Shown here: piece after piece, positions 55,692 through 64,000 of the stretch
Layout of the letters: each line of letters begins with the position of its first letter
How positions within the stretch are numbered: the first letter of the stretch is position 1
Assembly: GCA_949285535.1 (NCBI GenBank)
Contig: CASDZP010000002.1
Location: 100,054 to 164,053, forward strand
Direction: 5' to 3'
Origin: an uncultured Alistipes sp.
GTDB taxonomy: Bacteria > Bacteroidota > Bacteroidia > Bacteroidales > Rikenellaceae
Length of the DNA stretch: 64,000 bases
Translations under genes and position numbers: made by a program
The notes under the pieces: generated by a model
What the model saw: the letters and a program-made list of their open reading frames with translations, nothing else
Databases searched by the model: none
Told to the model about the DNA's origin: nothing

Positions 55692-56462
55692 ATGATAAAA
55701 GCGACCATTCTCGGTAGCGGGACCTCCCAGGGTGTCCCTATAATAGGCTGTAAATGCCGCACATGTGTCTCGACCGACAAACGGGACAAACGGTTGCGTT
55801 CGTCTGTTCTGATTACCGACCGAAACGCCACGGTAGTGATAGACGCGGGTCCCGATTTCAGATACCAGATGCTGAGGGAACAGGTGGGTTCGATAGACGC
55901 CATTCTGTTTACACACGGACACAAGGACCATACGGGTGGTCTCGATGACGTAAGGGCGTTCAACTACATAAACAAACGAAGCGTGGATATATATGCCAAC
56001 GAGCAGACAATGGGCATAATAAAGAAAGACTATGACTACGCTTTCGAAGAAAAACCGTATCCGGGTGTACCCGAACTGACACCGCACATAATCGACGGTA
56101 AGGAGGATATAGTGATAAAGGGCATGAGAATAACTCCCATAGAGGGCATGCACTATAAGATGAAAGTTCTCGGATACCGCATAGGCAAACTCGGATACAT
56201 CACCGACATGAACGCGATTGCGGACGACCAGATAGAACGGTTGAGAGGTATAGATACATTAATCATAAACGCGTTAAGACGTGAGAAACACCTCTCGCAC
56301 TTCTCTCTGCCCGAAGCATTGGCGGTAATAGAGAAAGTTGCGCCGAGACAGGCTTTTCTTACTCACATATCACATCAGATGGGACTATACTCCGAACTCG
56401 AAAAAGAACTGCCGCAAGGGGTAAGAGCCGCTTATGACAGATTAACAATAGAGATAGAGTAA
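55692..56462 (+). CDS. MBL-fold metallo-hydrolase (PhnP-like)
   Basis: 256 aa with the HxHxDH-type motif FTHGHKDH. Confidence 0.8.
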   Translation: MIKATILGSGTSQGVPIIGCKCRTCVSTDKRDKRLRSSVLITDRNATVVIDAGPDFRYQMLREQVGSIDAILFTHGHKDHTGGLDDVRAFNYINKRSVDIYANEQTMGIIKKDYDYAFEEKPYPGVPELTPHIIDGKEDIVIKGMRITPIEGMHYKMKVLGYRIGKLGYITDMNAIADDQIERLRGIDTLIINALRREKHLSHFSLPEALAVIEKVAPRQAFLTHISHQMGLYSELEKELPQGVRAAYDRLTIEIE

Positions 56463-56572
56463 AAGAAACTTCAAGCAATAAACAAACAGCGACAACTACA
56501 TAAACAACACAAGTCCGTCCGACAACGTTTAAACAGGAAACATTCGTCGGATAAGGCGATAAAGAGACAATT

Positions 56573-57385
56573 ATGAATTTCGAGAACAAGACAGTATTGA
56601 TAACGGGAGCCTCTTCGGGTATAGGAATGGCTCTCGCACGCGAGTTCGCTTCGCATAAATCCAATATAGTAATGGGCGCACGCAGCGAGGAAAAGCTCGA
56701 AGAACTGGCGGCTGAACTGGAAGCGCAGGGAGTAAAGACGGCATACATCAAAACCGATGTCAGCATAGAGGGCGACTGTAAAGCGCTCGTCGATTTGGCT
56801 GTCGAGAAATTCGGCGGCATAGACGTATGTATCTGTAATGCGGGTATCTCGATGAGAGCCCTCTATGACGATGTAGATATGGATGTGATACGCCGACTTA
56901 TGGATGTAAACTTTTGGGGCACGGCATATACGGTTAAATACGCTCTCCCTTACATACAGAAAAGTCACGGTTCGATTGTTGGCGTGTCGAGTGTGGCAGG
57001 CTTCCACGGTCTGCCAGGAAGAACGGGGTATTCGGCATCGAAATACGCCATACACGGACTACTTGAAACGATACGTATCGAAAACCTCAAGAAAGGCGTT
57101 CACGTGATGATTGCGGCTCCCGGATTCACGGCGTCAAACGTACGCTTCTCCGCTCTTACCGCCGACGGCTCGCCGCAGGGCAAATCTCCCAGACAGGAGG
57201 GCAAGATGATGACCGCCGAGGAGGTGGCGCACAGAATCGTAAGGGGTGTGGCGTTGAGAAAGCGCGAACTGCTTATGGACTTCGACGGCAAAGCCACAAA
57301 ACTGCTTAAAAAGATATGGCCCTCTCTGTTGGACAGACTGTTCTACAATCACATGGCAAAAGAGCCGGACTCTCCTTTGAAATAA
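56573..57385 (+). CDS. short-chain dehydrogenase/reductase
   Basis: 270 aa with TGASSGIG, NAG and YSASK motifs. Confidence 0.85.
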   Translation: MNFENKTVLITGASSGIGMALAREFASHKSNIVMGARSEEKLEELAAELEAQGVKTAYIKTDVSIEGDCKALVDLAVEKFGGIDVCICNAGISMRALYDDVDMDVIRRLMDVNFWGTAYTVKYALPYIQKSHGSIVGVSSVAGFHGLPGRTGYSASKYAIHGLLETIRIENLKKGVHVMIAAPGFTASNVRFSALTADGSPQGKSPRQEGKMMTAEEVAHRIVRGVALRKRELLMDFDGKATKLLKKIWPSLLDRLFYNHMAKEPDSPLK

Positions 57386-57402
57386 CATAAATCCGAAAAG
57401 CG

Positions 57403-58425
57403 ATGGAAAAGAGATATAATGTAGGTATTATAGGTGCGGGCAACATAGCCGTAAAAATGGCGAGGACTCTCAATGCGATGCCACAGACGGTCGCTTACGC
57501 GATAGCTTCAAGAGACATTGCCAAAGCTGAAAAATTCGCAAAAGAACACGGAGTCGAGAAATATTACGGCTCTTACGCTGAACTGGCGGAAGACCCTGCC
57601 GTTGACCTGATATATATAGCCACTCCGCACGCCATGCACTTCGCCGACGCGCGCATGTGCCTTGAAAAAGGCAAACCCGTATTGTGCGAAAAGGCTTTCA
57701 CCGCGACAGCGTCACAGGCGGAAGAGCTGGTGAAAATATCGCATAATCTCAATGTATTCATTACGGAGGCGATATGGACACGCTATCTGCCATTGTCATT
57801 GAAAATCATTAAACTTGCAAAGAGCGGCATAATCGGAGAACCGCACTTTATCGAGGCAAACATAGGCTATGCCGTAAAGGACAAAGAGAGAATGATTAAA
57901 CCCGAGCTCGCCGGTGGCGCGTTGCTCGACCTTGGTGTATATCCGCTCAACTTCGCCGCCATGATTTTCGGTGGTGAAGTCGAAAAATGCGTTTCTGCTT
58001 GCGCTCTTACCGATACGGGTGTAGATGCTCAAGACACGATAACACTGTTCTATCCCAACGACAAAATAGCCGTTTTGAGCTGCACCATGCTATGCCCGAC
58101 GGACAAGCGAGGCATAATCGCGGGTGAAAAGGGATATATAGTTGTAGATGACATAAACAATCCTCAATATGTCGTTGTTAAGAACCTCAAAGGCGAAATC
58201 ATCGAAGAGCACAGAGCTCCCGAACAGATCAGCGGTTTTGAGTATCAGGTGGCGGCATCCATTGAGGCTATCGAAAAAGGCGAGATTGAAACGCCGTATA
58301 TGCCTCACGCCGAAACTGTCAGAATAATGGAACAAATGGATGCTCTTCGCAGGGAATGGGGCGTATGTTTCCCGTTCGAATCGCCCGCAAATCAGGAGTG
58401 TGGAGGCGACATAGTCGAAGAGTGA
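57403..58425 (+). CDS. Gfo/Idh/MocA family oxidoreductase
   Basis: 340 aa with an N-terminal Rossmann motif (VGIIGAGNIA) and an EKAF motif. Confidence 0.85.
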   Translation: MEKRYNVGIIGAGNIAVKMARTLNAMPQTVAYAIASRDIAKAEKFAKEHGVEKYYGSYAELAEDPAVDLIYIATPHAMHFADARMCLEKGKPVLCEKAFTATASQAEELVKISHNLNVFITEAIWTRYLPLSLKIIKLAKSGIIGEPHFIEANIGYAVKDKERMIKPELAGGALLDLGVYPLNFAAMIFGGEVEKCVSACALTDTGVDAQDTITLFYPNDKIAVLSCTMLCPTDKRGIIAGEKGYIVVDDINNPQYVVVKNLKGEIIEEHRAPEQISGFEYQVAASIEAIEKGEIETPYMPHAETVRIMEQMDALRREWGVCFPFESPANQECGGDIVEE

Positions 58426-58461
58426 TATTCGAAGACAAAAAACTACAATAATAATACATCG

Positions 58462-58506
58462 GGCATCGCAAAAGCATCCGAAAAACTTTTGCGATGCCGA
58501 TTTTTT
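58462..58506 (+). terminator. intrinsic terminator
   Basis: 13-bp stem ggcatcgcaaaag ... cttttgcgatgcc, then gaT6. Confidence 0.8.
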
Positions 58507-58558
58507 CACTGACCCAACCGCCGCCTGACAGGTGACGGTTATCTAAAAAATTAACGAC

Positions 58559-60229
58559 ATGTGCGGAATAGCTGCTATTTTCGGGATAAAGGAACAGACA
58601 CCCGAATTGAGAGCCAAGGCTCTTGAGATGTCAAAAAAGATAAGGCACAGAGGACCCAACTGGAGTGGTATATATTGTGGCGGAAGCGCCATTCTTGCAC
58701 ATGAAAGGCTCTCCATTGTCGATCCGCAAAGCGGACGACAGCCGCTCTTCTCTCCCGACGGTGCACAGGTGTTGGCGGTAAACGGCGAGATATACAACCA
58801 CCGTGAGATAAGAGCGAGATACAAGGGCAAGTATGAGTTTCAGACAGGAAGCGACTGCGAGGTTATTCTGGCATTATATCGGGATAAGGGCATAAATTTT
58901 TTAGAAGAGCTGAACGGAATATTTGCTTTTGCGTTATACGACAGCCTGAAGGACGAATTTTTAATAGCCAGAGATCCTATCGGCGTGATACCTTTATACA
59001 TAGGTTACAACAACGACGGAAAGGTATATTGCGCAAGTGAACTGAAAGCACTCGAAGGATTCTGCGACAGATATGAGCCGTTCCTTCCGGGACACTACTA
59101 CTCAAGTCGCGAGGGTACTATGAAAAGGTGGTATAACAGAGAGTGGAGCGACTACGAGAATGTAAAAGACAACAAAACGTCCATTAAAGCGCTCAAACAA
59201 TCTTTAGAGGATGCCGTAAGGCGACAGCTCATGTGCGACGTACCATACGGGGTGTTGCTTTCGGGAGGTCTCGACAGCTCAATAATTGCGGCGATAGCGA
59301 GAAAATACGCCTCACGAAGAATCGAGACCGACGGACGCAACGAGGCTTGGTGGCCGCAGCTGCACTCTTTCGCGATAGGCTTGGAGGGCGCTCCCGACCT
59401 TGCGAAAGCCAAGGATGTAGCCGATTTTATCGGAACGGTACATCACCAGATAACATACACGCTTCAGGAGGGACTCGACGCTATATCCGACGTGATATAC
59501 CACATCGAGACATACGACGTAACGACGGTCAGAGCGTCAACACCAATGTACCTGCTTGCCAGAGTGATAAAAAGCATGGGTATAAAAATGGTTCTCAGCG
59601 GCGAGGGTGCGGACGAGATATTCGGAGGTTATCTCTATTTCCATAAAGCGCCGAACGCACAAGAGTTTCACAACGAGACCGTCCGTAAAATATCGAAACT
59701 TCACCTCTATGACTGTCTGCGTGCCAACAAGGCTCTCAGCGCATGGGGCGTGGAGGGACGAGTGCCGTTCCTCGACAAAGAGTTTCTGGATGTGGCTATG
59801 AACATCAACCCCGCCGACAAGATGTGCCCCGGTAAGTCTATGGAAAAGAGAGTTTTGAGAGAGGCTTTTGCCGAAATGCTGCCCGAAAATGTAGCATGGA
59901 GACAAAAAGAACAGTTCAGCGACGGTGTGGGATACGGATGGATCGACACATTGAAGAGATACACCTCGGAGGCTGTAAGCGACGAGCAGATGGCACACGC
60001 TGCGGAAAGGTTCCCGATAAATCCGCCCATGAACAAAGAGGAGTACTATTACAGAAGCATATTTGAGAAACACTTCCCGAGCCAAAGCGCGGCACAAAGC
60101 GTACCGAGCGTGCCGAGTGTGGCGTGCTCTACTCGCGAGGCTCTCTCATGGGACGAGTCGTTCATGAAAAAGAACGACCCGAGCGGAAGAGCCGTCAGCG
60201 ACATTCATTTGGAAGGTTATTCAAAATAG
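58559..60229 (+). CDS. asnB: asparagine synthase (glutamine-hydrolysing)
   Basis: 556 aa. N-terminal nucleophile MCGI and the SGGLDSS pyrophosphatase motif. Confidence 0.95.
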   Translation: MCGIAAIFGIKEQTPELRAKALEMSKKIRHRGPNWSGIYCGGSAILAHERLSIVDPQSGRQPLFSPDGAQVLAVNGEIYNHREIRARYKGKYEFQTGSDCEVILALYRDKGINFLEELNGIFAFALYDSLKDEFLIARDPIGVIPLYIGYNNDGKVYCASELKALEGFCDRYEPFLPGHYYSSREGTMKRWYNREWSDYENVKDNKTSIKALKQSLEDAVRRQLMCDVPYGVLLSGGLDSSIIAAIARKYASRRIETDGRNEAWWPQLHSFAIGLEGAPDLAKAKDVADFIGTVHHQITYTLQEGLDAISDVIYHIETYDVTTVRASTPMYLLARVIKSMGIKMVLSGEGADEIFGGYLYFHKAPNAQEFHNETVRKISKLHLYDCLRANKALSAWGVEGRVPFLDKEFLDVAMNINPADKMCPGKSMEKRVLREAFAEMLPENVAWRQKEQFSDGVGYGWIDTLKRYTSEAVSDEQMAHAAERFPINPPMNKEEYYYRSIFEKHFPSQSAAQSVPSVPSVACSTREALSWDESFMKKNDPSGRAVSDIHLEGYSK

Positions 60230-60385
60230 GCGAAACAAATAAAAAAGAGGTTTATTTATTGTTAAAATCGAAAAATATCGTATCTTTACCAGCCGAAGTG
60301 ACGATTTGGAGAGTATGTCGAAAAACGACTCAAAACCGCTGAATCGGGCTAAAATCAAACAAAATATTACTGAATATAAATAAAA

Positions 60386-62911
60386 ATGTCTGACGGAAGA
60401 ATCATTAAAGTCAACATCGAGGAGCAGATGAAAAGCGCATATATCGACTATTCAATGTCGGTAATCGTTTCTCGTGCGCTCCCCGACGTAAGAGACGGTC
60501 TCAAACCTATTCATCGACGCATATTGTTCGGTATGAGCAACGAGCTGTCGCTCTACTCCGACAAACCGCATAAGAAATCGGCGAGAATCGTCGGTGAGGT
60601 GATGGGTAAGTTCCACCCTCACGGCGACTCTTCAATATACGAGGCGATGGTGCGAATGGCACAGCCCTGGTCTCTGCGTTATCCGCTCGTGGACGGTCAC
60701 GGTAACTTCGGTTCGGTTGACGGCGACGGAGCTGCGGCTATGCGTTACACAGAAGCGAGAATGACGAAAATCACCGATGAGGTGATGTCCGACATCGACA
60801 AGGAGACTGTCGATTACGTATATAACTTCGACGACTCACTCAAAGAACCCGTCGTATTGCCCACCCGTCTGCCCATGTTGCTCTGCAACGGCACTTCGGG
60901 TATCGCTGTCGGTATGGCGACAAACATGCCGCCCCACAACCTAGGCGAGGTGGTTGACGCGATATGCGCGTACATCGACGACAGAGACATCGACACCGCG
61001 GGTCTGATGAAGTACATCAAGGCTCCCGACTTCCCCACAGGCGGTATCATATACGGCATGGAGGGTGTCCGTGAAGCGTACGAGACAGGCAGGGGTCGCG
61101 TGGTGATTCGTTCAAAGACTGAAATAGAACACACACACTCGGGTCGTGAGTGTATCATCGTGACCGAGATTCCCTATATGGTCAACAAGTCGGAGATGAT
61201 TAAGAAAATCGCCGAACTGATAAACGAGAAGAAGATTGAGGGAATTTCGTATATCAACGACGAGAGCGACCGAAACGGTATGCGCATCGTGATTATCCTC
61301 AAACAGGACGCGGTGGCGAGTGTCGTGCTCAACAACCTTTACAAATACACACAGCTTCAGTCGTCGTTCGCCGTAAACAGCATCGCGCTTGTCAACGGAC
61401 GTCCCATGACGCTGAACCTCAAAGACCAGATTCACTATTTCGTCGAACACAGACACGACGTTGTCGTACGCCGTTCGCGTTTCGAGCTTCGCAAGGCGGA
61501 AGAGAGAGCACATATCCTCGAAGGCTTGCTCATAGCGCAGGACAACATCGACGAGGTGGTTCACATCATCCGCTCTTCGGAGACTACGGAGATTGCCAAG
61601 ACTCGACTCATCGAACGTTTCGCACTGAGCGACAAACAGGCTACCGCAATCATCGACATGCGTCTGCGCTCGCTGATAGGACTCGAAAGAGAAAAGCTCC
61701 AGAAAGAGTATGACGAGAAGATGAAGACAATCGAACATCTCAAAGAGATACTCGCCGACGAAAATCTGCAGTTGCAGGTTGTCAAGGAAGAGATGATTGA
61801 GATGAAAGAGAAATACGGCGACCCGCGTCGTTCAGATATTGTTCTGACAGCTTCGGAATTCAACCCCGAAGACTTCTATGCCGACGAAGACGTGGTAATA
61901 ACCATATCTCATCTTGGTTACATCAAGCGTACACCTCTTACCGAATACCGTACTCAGGCTCGCGGCGGTGTGGGCATGAAGGGGTCGGCTACACGTGACG
62001 AGGATTTCATAGAACATCTCTATGTGACCTCTATGCACAACACGATGCTCTTCTTCACAGAGAAGGGTCGATGCTTCTGGCTCAAGGTTTACGAGATACC
62101 CGAAGGCTCTCGGGCATCGAAAGGTCGTGCAATTCAGAATGTAATACAGATAGAGCCCGACGACAAGGTAAGAGCATATATCAATGTGCGTAAACTCACC
62201 GACAAGGAGTACGTTGACTCGAATTATATATTGATGTGTACCAAACAGGGTATCGTCAAGAAGACCAAGCTGGCGGAATACTCTCGTCCCCGTCAGAGCG
62301 GCGTTGTGGCAATCGTCATCAAAGAGGGCGACCAGCTTCTCGAAGCCAAACTGACCACGGGTGAAAGCGACGTATTGCTCGCGGCACGTGGCGGTAAAGC
62401 CATCCGTTTCAACGAAAACGACGTGCGTTCGGTAGGTCGAAGCAGTATGGGTGTACGCGGTATGACTCTCGACGAGGGAGACGAACTTATCGGTATGGTA
62501 TCGCATGAACGCGATCAGAAAGCGGAGATACTCGTGCTGTCTGAAAACGGATACGGAAAACGTACCGACATCGACGAATACCGTACGATAAGCCGTGGCG
62601 GTAAAGGTGTCAAGACCATTCAGGTTACAGAGAAGACAGGCTCGCTCATTTCGATACAGAATGTCACCGACGACAACGACATCATGATTATAACCAAATC
62701 GGGTCTGACTATCAGAACCCCGGCTTCGGACATACGTCTGACAGGACGTGCCACACAGGGTGTGAGGATAATAAACCTCCGCGCCACCGACGCGATAGCA
62801 TCGGTTGTCGTGGCTCCCAAGACCGAAGACGATGATGACAACGCAAATGTCGCTGCTGCAGAATCGACAAGCGAACAGACAACTGATAACGAAAATCAAT
62901 CAAACGAATAA
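60386..62911 (+). CDS. gyrA: DNA gyrase subunit A
   Basis: 841 aa (…[27 protein letters not shown]…[10 protein letters not shown]…) with an acidic C-terminal tail. Confidence 0.97.
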   Translation: MSDGRIIKVNIEEQMKSAYIDYSMSVIVSRALPDVRDGLKPIHRRILFGMSNELSLYSDKPHKKSARIVGEVMGKFHPHGDSSIYEAMVRMAQPWSLRYPLVDGHGNFGSVDGDGAAAMRYTEARMTKITDEVMSDIDKETVDYVYNFDDSLKEPVVLPTRLPMLLCNGTSGIAVGMATNMPPHNLGEVVDAICAYIDDRDIDTAGLMKYIKAPDFPTGGIIYGMEGVREAYETGRGRVVIRSKTEIEHTHSGRECIIVTEIPYMVNKSEMIKKIAELINEKKIEGISYINDESDRNGMRIVIILKQDAVASVVLNNLYKYTQLQSSFAVNSIALVNGRPMTLNLKDQIHYFVEHRHDVVVRRSRFELRKAEERAHILEGLLIAQDNIDEVVHIIRSSETTEIAKTRLIERFALSDKQATAIIDMRLRSLIGLEREKLQKEYDEKMKTIEHLKEILADENLQLQVVKEEMIEMKEKYGDPRRSDIVLTASEFNPEDFYADEDVVITISHLGYIKRTPLTEYRTQARGGVGMKGSATRDEDFIEHLYVTSMHNTMLFFTEKGRCFWLKVYEIPEGSRASKGRAIQNVIQIEPDDKVRAYINVRKLTDKEYVDSNYILMCTKQGIVKKTKLAEYSRPRQSGVVAIVIKEGDQLLEAKLTTGESDVLLAARGGKAIRFNENDVRSVGRSSMGVRGMTLDEGDELIGMVSHERDQKAEILVLSENGYGKRTDIDEYRTISRGGKGVKTIQVTEKTGSLISIQNVTDDNDIMIITKSGLTIRTPASDIRLTGRATQGVRIINLRATDAIASVVVAPKTEDDDDNANVAAAESTSEQTTDNENQSNE

Positions 62912-62935
62912 ACTTTAACATTAGAAAAGATTGTT

Positions 62936-64000
62936 ATGAAGAAAGTGATCCTTACATTGGCTGCAGTCGCTTTCATGGCGACATCCGCAATGGCACAGAA
63001 AGTCAATGCAGACGCAATCAGAGACAAAATCGAGAAAGGCGTGGCTGCGACTCAGGATGCAAAAAAATCGACCAAGTCCGCTACTTGGATATCTCTCGGT
63101 AAGGCATACTACGAAGCAGGTACCGCCAACACTGCGGCTCTCTTCCCCGGCATGACCTATGACATGCTTGTCCTCTCTATCGGTAAAGCGTCAAACGAGG
63201 CTGAACCCGAAGTGAGAACAATCGGTGGTAAAGATTACGCAGGTCTCAAATATGACGCCATCATCGTATATCTCGATCCGTCTAACAACACCGTTCACAC
63301 TTGGGAAGAGACAAAACCCATCATCTCTGAAAACCCGTTCGAAAAATCAATCGAGGCTTACAAAAAGGCGTATGAAATCGACCCCAAATCAGCTTCTAAA
63401 GTCATCGACGGTTACAACAGCGTAATCACAGCGTTGACAAACGACGGTCAGGGTTTCTATGAGTTCGGCGAGTTCACCAAAGCGGCCAACAACTTCGCTG
63501 CGGCGGCTACTTACGCTCTTGAAATACCCAACGGTCCCGCTGAAAACGCACAGCAGCTCCTCTTCTTCGCAGGTGTTGCATCTGTTCAGGCAGAGCTCTA
63601 CGAACAGGCTGAAAAGATGGTTACAAAACTCCTCGAAAGCGGATACGAACAGAACGGCGACTGCTACATATACCTCGCAACGGCTCAGGACAAACTCGGT
63701 AAAAAAGCCGAAGCAAAAGAGACTTATCTCGCTGGTATCAAAAAATATGTCAACAACACCGCTCTTCTCTCTCAGTTCATTTCATTCGCAATCATGAACG
63801 GTGAAGACCCCGCAATCATCCTTCCCTACGTGCTCACAGCACAGGAAGCAGATCCCCAGAACACTGGTCTGATGCTTGCCGAAGGTATCGTTTACGACAA
63901 GATGAAAGATTATGACAAAGCCGTTGCCGCTTACGACAAGGCTCTTAAAATCAACCCCGAATTCTTCGGCGCGCTTTACAACAAAGGTTTCGCTTACTAC
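62936..64000 (+). CDS. TPR-repeat protein with signal peptide (3' end outside window)
   Basis: Hand translation from ATG 62936 gives MKKVILTLAAVAFMATSAMAQK…. The frame stays open to 64000 and ends in TPR-like sequence (…KDYDKAVAAYDKALKINPEFFGALYNKG). It is absent from the ORF track because it has no stop inside the window. Confidence 0.7.
   Translation, partial: MKKVILTLAAVAFMATSAMAQKVNADAIRDKIEKGVAATQDAKKSTKSATWISLGKAYYEAGTANTAALFPGMTYDMLVLSIGKASNEAEPEVRTIGGKDYAGLKYDAIIVYLDPSNNTVHTWEETKPIISENPFEKSIEAYKKAYEIDPKSASKVIDGYNSVITALTNDGQGFYEFGEFTKAANNFAAAATYALEIPNGPAENAQQLLFFAGVASVQAELYEQAEKMVTKLLESGYEQNGDCYIYLATAQDKLGKKAEAKETYLAGIKKYVNNTALLSQFISFAIMNGEDPAIILPYVLTAQEADPQNTGLMLAEGIVYDKMKDYDKAVAAYDKALKINPEFFGALYNKGFAYY

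Overview
This looks like a chromosomal, mostly housekeeping segment of a Bacteroidales-type genome. That assignment is inferred from three things: the nqrABCDEF operon, a Rho with a long N-terminal insertion, and Bacteroides-style -33 TTTG / -7 TAnnTTTG boxes in front of many genes. I call 54 protein-coding genes. They include nqrA-F, an RND efflux operon with a divergent AraC regulator, and a GT2 / LAB_N / ArnT-like / UDP-GlcA-epimerase cluster. The rest include SulP, lysA, lysC, miaA, kdsB, an acyl-CoA carboxylase pair, ispE, ridA, mutS, a split chrA, lpxH-like, fabG, PiT, ruvA, skp-like, blc, rho, asnB and gyrA. There are 4 tRNAs: Leu-UAA, and a Lys-CUU + 2x Lys-UUU tandem. I saw no integrase, transposase, CRISPR array, phage gene or recognisable defence gene. 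The unusual content is non-coding. (1) A repeat family with an identical 48-nt double-hairpin core occurs at 32.2 kb, 32.6 kb (inverted) and 42.0 kb, with a decayed fragment at 1.1 kb. The two copies at 32 kb each sit behind a consensus promoter box and end in an intrinsic terminator, so they look like a divergent pair of about 160-nt sRNA genes. (2) Two very long palindromes (162 bp perfect; 187 bp near-perfect) are made of the coding 3' end plus terminator of two unrelated genes, the biotin-carrier gene and mutS. In each, the arm distal to the gene abuts the same end of that repeat. (3) A 4.5 x 45-bp tandem array lies in a 3' UTR. (4) A gene cluster is predicted to add a uronic-acid-type sugar to lipid A or LPS. 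All functional names come from reading the translations and from family knowledge. No database search was run.
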